Positions 8,293 through 15,911 of a stretch of 64,000 nucleotides of DNA are shown piece by piece. The stretch's first letter is position 1; each line of letters begins with the position of its first letter. Both the position numbers and the translations under genes were made by a program. The notes under the pieces were generated by a model, which was not told the DNA's origin, made no database searches, and was given only the letters and a program-made list of their open reading frames with translations. Source of the DNA: Candidatus Saccharimonadales bacterium (lineage in GTDB: Bacteria > Patescibacteriota > Saccharimonadia > Saccharimonadales > EFPC-124); NCBI GenBank assembly GCA_050730875.1, contig JBOHNX010000002.1, positions 92,805 to 156,804 on the forward strand, read 5' to 3'.

Positions 8293-9603
8293 TTAGGGCG
8301 CTAAACGGTTGATATCACGAGGGAACAGGGCGGCTTCTTTGACGTTTTTGAGGCCGATGATTTTTTGGGTGAGGCGCTCGAGGCCCATGCCAAAACCGCC
8401 GTGTGGTGGGAGGCCATACTTAAAAGCGTCGAGGTAATATTTGAAACCCAGATTTTCAGGGTCGCCGCCGGCCATGCCGCGCAGTTGCGTTACTAGTTTG
8501 TCGTAACGGTGTTCGCGCATGCTGGCGGTTGCGATTTCGACGCCGCGGAATAAGAGGTCGGCGCGCTCAGCAACGGTTTGGTCGTCATCTTTAAACTTGT
8601 GGTAGAACTTTGCGCCTTCACGTGGCCACTCGGTTACAAATACAGCTTCGCTTTTTAGGTTGTCTTTTGCCCATTCGCAAATCCAGCGCTCTTCGTCCGG
8701 CCGCAGGTCTTTTTCGCCTACAGTGTTTTCGCCTGTGGCTTCCGAGTATTTTTGGTGGATTTCTTCCATCGAGAGCTGCGGAATTTTTTTAGGCAGCAGT
8801 GGCTTTGTGGCGTTCCAAAGCTTTAGGTTGTCATCGCAGTTTTCCCACACATCGTCTACGACAGCGTTAAGTAATCCACTCATAAAGTCGAGGAGCTCTT
8901 GCAGATCCACAAAGCCCATTTCGGCATCGATATGGATGAATTCGGTCATGTGGCGGGTGGTGGCGCTGAGCTCGGCACGGTAGGTTGGGTTGATTTCGAA
9001 CGCGCGTTCGAACACGCCGACCATAATCTGCTTATAAAACTGTGCACTTTGCGCCAGGGTTGCATCTTTGCCAAAGTAGTCGAGCTTGAAGACCTCTGCC
9101 CCACCTTCGGTTGCGCCAGGTAACAATTTCGGCGAGTTAAATTCGGTAAAATCGTTGGCGCGGAAATATTTGCGGGCAGCTTCTTTGACCTCTGCTTGCA
9201 CCTTAAAGATGGCTTGCTCTTTTAGGTTGCGCAGGCCCACCACGCGGTAATCAAACAGGGTGTCGAGCGATCCGGACTCGTGGCCGAGCGGTTTGTCGAT
9301 TTCGATTGGCGATTCGTCAGTAACCGGCACTTCGATAGTCAGTGCAACTTCGTGAAGCTCCACACCACCTGGTGCGCGTTCGTCAGCAATGGCTTTGCCT
9401 TCAAGTGTTAGCACGGTGCCAAGCTGCATACCACGCAGCTTTTCGACTTCGTCTTTTTCTTTAATGAGCGCCTGAGCAATACCCGAACGATCACGAACCA
9501 CAATAAACGTTAAGCCGCCAAGCAGACGCTTTTTGTGCAACCACCCCTGGACGGTAACTTTTTTATCAACGTGTGATTTGAGATCTTTTATGAGCGTACG
9601 CAT
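8293..9603 (-). CDS. aspS: aspartate--tRNA ligase, archaeal/short class IIb type (possibly non-discriminating)
   Basis: 436 aa. N-terminal OB fold, LAQSAQFYKQ, class II motif 3 GLPPHGGFGMGLERL and C-terminal FPRDINRLAP. Confidence 0.8.
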   Translation of the reverse strand: MRTLIKDLKSHVDKKVTVQGWLHKKRLLGGLTFIVVRDRSGIAQALIKEKDEVEKLRGMQLGTVLTLEGKAIADERAPGGVELHEVALTIEVPVTDESPIEIDKPLGHESGSLDTLFDYRVVGLRNLKEQAIFKVQAEVKEAARKYFRANDFTEFNSPKLLPGATEGGAEVFKLDYFGKDATLAQSAQFYKQIMVGVFERAFEINPTYRAELSATTRHMTEFIHIDAEMGFVDLQELLDFMSGLLNAVVDDVWENCDDNLKLWNATKPLLPKKIPQLSMEEIHQKYSEATGENTVGEKDLRPDEERWICEWAKDNLKSEAVFVTEWPREGAKFYHKFKDDDQTVAERADLLFRGVEIATASMREHRYDKLVTQLRGMAGGDPENLGFKYYLDAFKYGLPPHGGFGMGLERLTQKIIGLKNVKEAALFPRDINRLAP

Positions 9604-10575
9604 TTACTTAACTTTCTTTGGGTCGGTTGCCACTGGGCTTTCTTTTGGAAGCGGCTCGCCCATTAATTTTGCGAGTGCATCCTGCAGTGTTATGAGCCCA
9701 ACGGTTTTACCAGTGTCGCCGACTACTATAAACAGTTGTCGACCAGTTTGCAAACTGGCTGCGAGCAGTGCACTGAGCGGAGCGTCCTCTGGCAGATAGT
9801 AAACACTGGGCCGCACGGCGTCTTTTACCTCTTTTAGATCTGAATCCAGCGGCACGAGATCACGCATGAACAAGAAGCCCTTTATGTGGTCGAGATCCTT
9901 TTTGACCACCGGGAATACGTTGTGACCATCTTTATGCAACCGGTCCAAAAGCAGCGGACCAACAGTTTCGCCGACGCCAACGGTTTTGACTTTGTCGCGC
10001 GGCACCATGACATCACTTATTTTGAGTGTCCCAAATTCCAGGGTGCTCAGCAGGCGCGTTTTTTCATCTTGCGAGAGCACCGATTGGTCGGCGGTGATAA
10101 GCTGCTTAAATTCGGCCTTCGACAAAAAACTTGCCGAAGTTGAGGCGCGACGCGGCGCTGTTAGCAAGCGAAGCACCACCACACCTTGCGCTGCCAAGCG
10201 GAGCAAGCGCGGTTCGTGCTGAGCTGCAAGACGCTGCGCGTACCGCGCAATCCAAACGCGCGCAGCCAGCAATTCGGCGAGTAAAAGATATGCCAACGAA
10301 ACCACTAGCGCAAGCCACACATCGAGCACACTCACCTGCAGCACAACTACCAACAAGCTCAAAACTAAAATCTTGACCTGCACCAAGCCGTCAACCATCG
10401 GGAGCATTTGCCGACGCTGCGCCTCAGCCACAGCACTAGCATCCCCTTGCTGCGCGAGCCTCTCAAGCTCAAAATCACTCAGATGGTTTGGCGCAAACTG
10501 CGCGCTTTTGAGGAAGGCAATCAGCAGTGCTACGCCAAGCGATAAGAATTGAACCAACCATTCCATTGTCACCAT
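9604..10575 (-). CDS. CNNM/DUF21 membrane domain plus CBS-pair protein (hemolysin/CorC family)
   Basis: N-terminal TM domain, then ISDVMVPRDKV... and a CBS pair (VFPVVKKDLDHIKGFLFMRDL, LFIVVGDTGKTVGLITLQDA). No CorC_HlyC C-terminal domain is evident. Confidence 0.7.
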   Translation of the reverse strand: MVTMEWLVQFLSLGVALLIAFLKSAQFAPNHLSDFELERLAQQGDASAVAEAQRRQMLPMVDGLVQVKILVLSLLVVVLQVSVLDVWLALVVSLAYLLLAELLAARVWIARYAQRLAAQHEPRLLRLAAQGVVVLRLLTAPRRASTSASFLSKAEFKQLITADQSVLSQDEKTRLLSTLEFGTLKISDVMVPRDKVKTVGVGETVGPLLLDRLHKDGHNVFPVVKKDLDHIKGFLFMRDLVPLDSDLKEVKDAVRPSVYYLPEDAPLSALLAASLQTGRQLFIVVGDTGKTVGLITLQDALAKLMGEPLPKESPVATDPKKVK

Positions 10576-10625
10576 TGTAGTCGATATATTGCCGCCTAGG
10601 CTAGTAGTCCTATATCATTACAAGT

Positions 10626-11336
10626 ATGGATAAAATCAAATGGATCATTTTCGCTGCCTTGGTGCTTGTAGTCTTCGGCGGCATCATTTTTTTCAATAAA
10701 TCTAGCGCTCCAAGCTTTAGCGGTGACGCGACAAAAGCCATAACCGCGGGGCCGATCGCCGACCACGTGTACGGGTCGGACGAGCAAAAAGTGGTTTTGA
10801 TCGAGTACGGCGACTTCCAGTGCCCCGGCTGTGGCGGCATGTACCCGACCGTCAAAGACCTGAAGGAACAGTACAAAGATAAGCTCACGTTTATTTTCCG
10901 TAACTTCCCACTCACCAACATTCACCCGAACGCGTTAGCCGCCTCTACTGCCGCTGAAGCTGCTGGCATGCAGAATAAATTCTTCGAGATGCACGACGCG
11001 CTGTTTGAAAACCAAAAAGCCTGGCAAGATGCAGCGGTGAACCAACGTGGTGCCATTTTTGAAGGATACGCTAGTTCGTTGGGGCTCGATGTCGAGAAAT
11101 TTAAGCAAGATATGAGCAGCCAAACAATTAGCGAAAAAATTAGCCGCGACCGCACGACGGGGCGAGATGTCTTTAAGGTAGATCAGACGCCAAGCTTTGT
11201 ACTGAACGGCAAGCTACTGCCTGCAGATGTTGCCACAAGCCAGGAAAAGCTTGCCAAGGCCGTTGAAGAAGCGGTCAAACAGGCTTATCCCGACGCACAG
11301 ATTCCGCCAGCCACAAAGCCGGAAGGCCAACAATAA
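10626..11336 (+). CDS. DsbA-family thiol:disulfide oxidoreductase, membrane-anchored
   Basis: N-terminal TM, thioredoxin-fold active site YGDFQCPGCGG, and a C-terminal TPSFVLNG cis-Pro-loop-like motif. Confidence 0.8.
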   Translation: MDKIKWIIFAALVLVVFGGIIFFNKSSAPSFSGDATKAITAGPIADHVYGSDEQKVVLIEYGDFQCPGCGGMYPTVKDLKEQYKDKLTFIFRNFPLTNIHPNALAASTAAEAAGMQNKFFEMHDALFENQKAWQDAAVNQRGAIFEGYASSLGLDVEKFKQDMSSQTISEKISRDRTTGRDVFKVDQTPSFVLNGKLLPADVATSQEKLAKAVEEAVKQAYPDAQIPPATKPEGQQ

Positions 11337-11340
11337 AAAA

Positions 11341-11364
11341 TGCCCCGGACTTCCGGGGCATTTT
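11341..11364. terminator. rho-independent terminator (A-tract, hairpin, T-tract; potentially bidirectional)
   Basis: TGCCCCGG-actt-CCGGGGCA followed by TTTT and preceded by AAAAAA, immediately after the dsbA-like stop. Confidence 0.8.
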
Positions 11365-11367
11365 CTG

Positions 11368-11460
11368 CTAGTGGACTAGATAGTCTTGCCACTCAGCTGG
11401 GACAATCTCCACCGCAACTTTTTTTGGCCGCGAGGGCGCTTTGCGGATGTCAATTGGCAT
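11368..11460 (-). CDS. possible small protein (30 aa, MPIDIRKAPSRPKKVAVEIVPAEWQDYLVH)
   Basis: ATG preceded by TAAGGAG at 8-nt spacing, inside a 290-bp gap. No homology recognised. Confidence 0.3.
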   Translation of the reverse strand: MPIDIRKAPSRPKKVAVEIVPAEWQDYLVH

Positions 11461-11628
11461 GAGTATACTCCTTAAATTACGGTGCTTGCACTTGGCGAGC
11501 ACAGACCGTGCGCGCTCCGACAGCTGGCCAATGCCCGAGCAAACACACAATGTAAAAGGTAGCAAAGGCTGGTCCAGGGGTCAAGCGTAAGCTCTAAGCT
11601 AATATACGCATATTCTGCGCATATATCT

Positions 11629-12558
11629 TTAAAAGATGCGCTTCTTCCGTGCAATAACAAATACAACAATTGCCAGGAGTATGCTGGATCCAACAATCAC
11701 CGGGTACGCCCAAACTTCATTCTGAATTGGCAGTTGAATGTTCATACCGTACATACCGTAGAGCACGTTTGGTAGTGTGATAAGCACGGTTGCAGCCGTC
11801 AGGATCTTCATGGAGCGGTTTAGATTGTTCGAGCTAATGGTCGAATATGCTTCGCGAATGTTGACGATTGATTTTACGTGCGAGCGACAGCCTTCGATCG
11901 ATTGTTCGTTGTTGAGCAGCAAGTCCTCGACCAAGTCTTGATCTTCTTCAAACAGCGGAATATGCCGCCCTAGCAGCAATCGGCGCAAGATGGCGGTGGT
12001 TGGCAGCAGAGCAGACAAGAACTCATTCAGTTCATCTTCGATTAATACAAAATCAATAAAGTCCTGGTTGCCGATTTCGTGCCCTTTTAAGCGCGAACGG
12101 ATGATTTTAATTTGACGGCCGATGTTGTTAATGAATACCTCATATTGGTCGACAATCTGGTTGAGGATTAAAAGCACCAGTTTGGTGCGCTGTGTGGTAG
12201 CAAAGTTGAGTTTACTGGTCATAAACCGCTGGAAACGCGGTAGATCGCCAGGAGCAACCGTTAGCAGAATATCGTGGCCGACTACAAATAATAACGGTGC
12301 GGTGGTAAGTTCCAAATCTTCGTTCGTATATGCGTAGCGTACAAAAATATAAGTCAGCTCACCTTCTTTCTCGAGACGAGGCATTTCGTCTGGGTCGAGT
12401 GCGTCTTCCATGTGGCCTGGATCAAGCTTGAATCGTTTGATTAAAAAATCAACCTCTTCCTGCGTTGGCGCCTGGGCGTAAACCCAACAGCCAGGCTGAT
12501 ACGAGTCCAGCTCGTTCACCTGCTTGGCACGCAAATTTTTATAGTAGTACTTGATCAT
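11629..12558 (-). CDS. corA: magnesium/cobalt transporter CorA
   Basis: LYGMYGMNIQLP (the GMN motif) plus two C-terminal TM helices. The ATG at 12558 (MIKYYYKNL) is preferred over the longer ORF start. Confidence 0.85.
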   Translation of the reverse strand: MIKYYYKNLRAKQVNELDSYQPGCWVYAQAPTQEEVDFLIKRFKLDPGHMEDALDPDEMPRLEKEGELTYIFVRYAYTNEDLELTTAPLLFVVGHDILLTVAPGDLPRFQRFMTSKLNFATTQRTKLVLLILNQIVDQYEVFINNIGRQIKIIRSRLKGHEIGNQDFIDFVLIEDELNEFLSALLPTTAILRRLLLGRHIPLFEEDQDLVEDLLLNNEQSIEGCRSHVKSIVNIREAYSTISSNNLNRSMKILTAATVLITLPNVLYGMYGMNIQLPIQNEVWAYPVIVGSSILLAIVVFVIARKKRIF

Positions 12559-12630
12559 CTTGGGCTTAGTATAACAAGGATAAGCGGTTTGCGGAGTAAG
12601 TTTTAGGTGTGTAATAATGGCAGTACCCAA

Positions 12631-14310
12631 ATGGAATATTCGCTTTTTACACAACTCAGCATCGTTCTCGTTGTCGTAGCAACGGTCTCTGGTGTAATGC
12701 GATTACTCCGACAACCACTTATTATTGGCTACATCATCAGTGGTGTGCTGGTTGGTCCGACATTTCTCGATATCCTTGGCAACCAGGAGGCGTTTCATGC
12801 GTTTAGCAGTCTCGGCATCGCCCTGCTACTCTTCATTATTGGCCTGGGGCTGAACGTCGATATTATTAAGCGTTTAGGTCGGGTGGTAATTGTGACGGCC
12901 ATGGTGCAAATGGTGCTCACCGCACTCATTGGAGGGTTGGTGGCGTTGACATTTGGCGTACCGTTGGTGGCAGCGAGTATCCTGGGCCTAGCAGTTAGCT
13001 TTAGCAGCACCATTGTTATTATCAAGCTCTTAAACGATAAGCGCGAGCAAAGGCAATTGTATGGCCAAATTGCCATTGGTATTTTGATCGTGCAAGACGT
13101 AGTTGCGTCGATCGCCCTATTGTTTGTAGCAGCGGGCGACACCGGTAATCTGCCAGCAACCGAACTTGCCATGTTGTTTGCCAAAGGTATTGCATTGGCG
13201 GCTGGCCTGACGCTGGTTGTTACGCAGATTTTGCCACGGTTGGAACGCTTCGTGGCCAGCTCGCAAGAATTTTTATTCCTATTCGCCATTGCTTGGGGCT
13301 TTGGCATTGCGACCGTGTTTGAGTTTGCAGGGCTTTCGCTTGAAGTTGGTGCATTGTTTGCAGGTGTCAGCCTGGCCTCGCTCCCCTACAGCCAAGGCAT
13401 GGCGGCTCGGCTTAAACCGCTGCGCGATTTCTTTGTAGTGATCTTTTTCGTTGTACTTGGCGAAGGGCTGCAGCTGGCGGACTTCTTGGGCTCATTGCCG
13501 CTAGCAATTGGCTTGTCGGTAGTGGCGCTCGCTATTAAGCCACTGATTGTATTGATGAGCATGGGTGCACTTGCCTATACCAAGCGCACCAGTTTTAAAA
13601 CTGCTGTTTCGCTTGGACAGATCAGTGAATTTTCGATTATTTTTGTTATTTTAGCGGTAAGTGAAGGCATTATCCCGCCGTATCTAAATTCGGCCATAAC
13701 GCTCGTAGCGCTTATAACCATTGCGGCGTCGACTTATCTGATGAAGTACGACGATCACCTCTTTCGTATACTCAATAGCACTTTGCAATTATTTGAGCGC
13801 GAGGTTGTCAAAACAGCACGCGAACGACGTGCAGCGTTGCAATCGTACTCGCAGGTTTTGTTTGGCTACAACAAAGGCGGTGCCGAGATCATCAGAGCAT
13901 TCGAGCGTTTACACGAACCTTTTGTAGTAGTCGATTACGATCCTGATGTCATTAAGCTACTCGAACAAAAACAACTGGCATTCCGCTACGGCGATGCCGC
14001 CGATCCTGAGCTGCTGGAAGAATTAGACATCGAAAAAGCCAAGTTGGTTATTTCGACCATTACTAACCACGACACAAGCATGGGGTTGGTGCGTTACGTA
14101 GCAGGCATGAGCCCGAAGGCAACTATCGTCTGCCATGCTAATAGTCTCGAGGAGGCTCGTGAGCTGTACGACGCCGGCGCCACCTACGTCATGTTGCCGC
14201 ACGCCGTTGGTGGCGAAAAAATTGGTAGCTTGCTAGCCCACGGCATCGAAAAAGTTGATTTTGAGGCGCACCGCCGCAAACAACTGGCCGCGCTCGAACA
14301 CAAAATCTAG
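12631..14310 (+). CDS. Kef-type cation:proton antiporter (CPA2) with C-terminal RCK/TrkA-N domain
   Basis: About 12 TM helices, then VLFGYNKGGAEIIRAFERL...VVVDYDPD (a Rossmann-like RCK). The ATG at 12631 is preferred. Confidence 0.8.
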   Translation: MEYSLFTQLSIVLVVVATVSGVMRLLRQPLIIGYIISGVLVGPTFLDILGNQEAFHAFSSLGIALLLFIIGLGLNVDIIKRLGRVVIVTAMVQMVLTALIGGLVALTFGVPLVAASILGLAVSFSSTIVIIKLLNDKREQRQLYGQIAIGILIVQDVVASIALLFVAAGDTGNLPATELAMLFAKGIALAAGLTLVVTQILPRLERFVASSQEFLFLFAIAWGFGIATVFEFAGLSLEVGALFAGVSLASLPYSQGMAARLKPLRDFFVVIFFVVLGEGLQLADFLGSLPLAIGLSVVALAIKPLIVLMSMGALAYTKRTSFKTAVSLGQISEFSIIFVILAVSEGIIPPYLNSAITLVALITIAASTYLMKYDDHLFRILNSTLQLFEREVVKTARERRAALQSYSQVLFGYNKGGAEIIRAFERLHEPFVVVDYDPDVIKLLEQKQLAFRYGDAADPELLEELDIEKAKLVISTITNHDTSMGLVRYVAGMSPKATIVCHANSLEEARELYDAGATYVMLPHAVGGEKIGSLLAHGIEKVDFEAHRRKQLAALEHKI

Positions 14311-15671
14311 AGCTTTATTTCCTCGCCAGTGCGAATATTCTGGATAACTTTCCAGGCTGTGCCAACCCCCATGCGCTGCATCACTATGCCCACTTCGCCA
14401 TTTGGCAAGCGTACCTTTTGTCCAACACGCATTTTTTCGGGGTGCTGGGCTTGTTTTTCAGGCTTCTGTAATTGCACAAATTGTTGAGTCACCCGCTTAC
14501 CCAATGTTTGCAGGTTATGGTCTATAATTTCACCGTCACGAGCTTCTCGCTTACAGGCAGGGCAATAAATACCACCTTCATGGGTAACTTTGGCGTCGAC
14601 TGTTTTGCCGCAACCTTTCAGCGGACATTTTACGCATTTAAGGCTTTCCTCGAGAGACTTAAAGCCGACTTTGCTCAGTTGTTCAGCCGTTGTCGGCGCC
14701 TGACCAGTTGGGCAGTCACCATCCAAGTTGCGGCCTTCGGCTCGAGCACTGACGCCGGCATCTGCTGCGCTAGCCACGGTCTTACCGTGGATTAAGTCGT
14801 CTATCGCCGCTGCCAGGTCATAGCGATGCGGTTCCATAAGGCGATTTCGTTCGTGCGGGTCGGTCACCAGTGCGAATATTTTGCTGACATGCGCCATGTG
14901 CTCGTCGAGCAGCGTGTGCTGCGCGGTGATAAAACCCATAATGTCTTTGACGCCAATTGGCCTGCGACCGCCATGCCACTCGCCGCCAAAGTCACGGGTC
15001 ATGGCGCCGTCGTAGGCCTGGCGCAAAATTTCATCCAACTCGTCGATGGACTCGACTGGTGCATCAATGTGTCGGCGCTGGCGGGCACGTTCTTCTGAAG
15101 ACAGCGTTGGATCGAACGTAAACCCAAGCGCTTCGTCCATCGCTTGTACGCCCGGCAAGTAACTGCCGTCGTAGGAATGATACTTAATTGCCAAGCCTTT
15201 TTCGGTGGGCACGGCGATCCGAGTAAACATCTTCAGGCGTTCGCGGTTGTAGCCCGGGAGCAAGCTTCGACCTTGGCGTACAGCATCCGGAATAAGCCAA
15301 TAGGACACGATAGCACCTGAGCCAGGACCGGCTTTCGCTAAAATCTCGTACTCATCGTATTCTTCGAGGTCAATTGAGTCACGCTCGACTTCAACTTGCC
15401 AGTCAGGGTTGTGCACTGCCATTCGCTGCGCTTCCCTAAGGCCACCTTCGATGACAGGTCGTAACAGTTCGCCACGTTCGCTGACCAAACCTTTCGCCGT
15501 GAGTGCGAACTCTTGTTCTGGTTCAATTGGCGCGCGCACGCGTTCAGCGACATCAGTAATTTCATCGTACAACCGACGCTTGTATTCCCATTCGCGGTAC
15601 GCTTCAAAGTCTGTCCGTTTTCGTTCGGCAACTAGTCGGCGTTGTTCCTGTATGGTCGGCGTACGGTGCAT
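14307..15671 (-). CDS. uncharacterised cytoplasmic protein with zinc-ribbon and C-terminal SH3-like segment
   Basis: 454-aa intact ORF. CVKCPLKGCGKTVDAKVTHEGGIYCPACK is a 4-Cys ribbon. C-terminal MRVGQKVRLPNGEVGIVMQ. Lies directly downstream of the riboswitch-like leader. Confidence 0.6.
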   Translation of the reverse strand: MHRTPTIQEQRRLVAERKRTDFEAYREWEYKRRLYDEITDVAERVRAPIEPEQEFALTAKGLVSERGELLRPVIEGGLREAQRMAVHNPDWQVEVERDSIDLEEYDEYEILAKAGPGSGAIVSYWLIPDAVRQGRSLLPGYNRERLKMFTRIAVPTEKGLAIKYHSYDGSYLPGVQAMDEALGFTFDPTLSSEERARQRRHIDAPVESIDELDEILRQAYDGAMTRDFGGEWHGGRRPIGVKDIMGFITAQHTLLDEHMAHVSKIFALVTDPHERNRLMEPHRYDLAAAIDDLIHGKTVASAADAGVSARAEGRNLDGDCPTGQAPTTAEQLSKVGFKSLEESLKCVKCPLKGCGKTVDAKVTHEGGIYCPACKREARDGEIIDHNLQTLGKRVTQQFVQLQKPEKQAQHPEKMRVGQKVRLPNGEVGIVMQRMGVGTAWKVIQNIRTGEEIKL

Positions 15672-15844
15672 TAAAAATCCCTGCTCTTTTGGCCTCGAGC
15701 AGGGATTTTGCGATCACGAAAGGTGGCAAAACTTTTGTTTCCTGCTCGGGATAACTCATCTCCGTAGTGTCGGACTTTCTGGCTTACCAGATCACCGTTG
15801 CGGCACAGTGTACGACTTTCACGTACTTCCTAGCGGAGCGAGTG
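15672..15844 (-). promoter_or_regulatory. cobalamin (B12) riboswitch-like leader: aptamer about 15756-15844 plus terminator/RBS-sequestering hairpin 15674-15709
   Basis: Minus-strand read: CUCGCUCCG-CU-AGGAA-GUACG-UGAAAGU-CGUAC-ACUGUGCCGCAACGGUGA...AGCCAGAAAGUCCGAC...CGGAGAUGAG. P1 is CUCCG/CGGAG. The core resembles GGGAA...GUGAAAnUC...CCGCnACnGU plus a B12-box. It is followed by AAAAUCCCUGCUC...GAGCAGGGAUUUUUA-AUG, with an alternative pairing partner CGAGCAGG upstream. Confidence 0.6.
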
Positions 15845-15911
15845 CTGTTTGTTAATATTCTCATTCTACAGCACAAATAGTGTGCCTTCATTGTAAAAAG
15901 CACCATATATG

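Noticed and set aside
15756-15844. TPP riboswitch (UGAUCUGGUAAGCCAG resembles the CUGAUCUGGAUAAUGCCAGCG box) and RNase P (GAAAGUCC) interpretations of the leader.
   Set aside because: There is no CUGAGA pyrimidine-sensor element and no GGGGUGC. The region is far too short for RNase P and lacks its other conserved regions. The cobalamin core fits much better.
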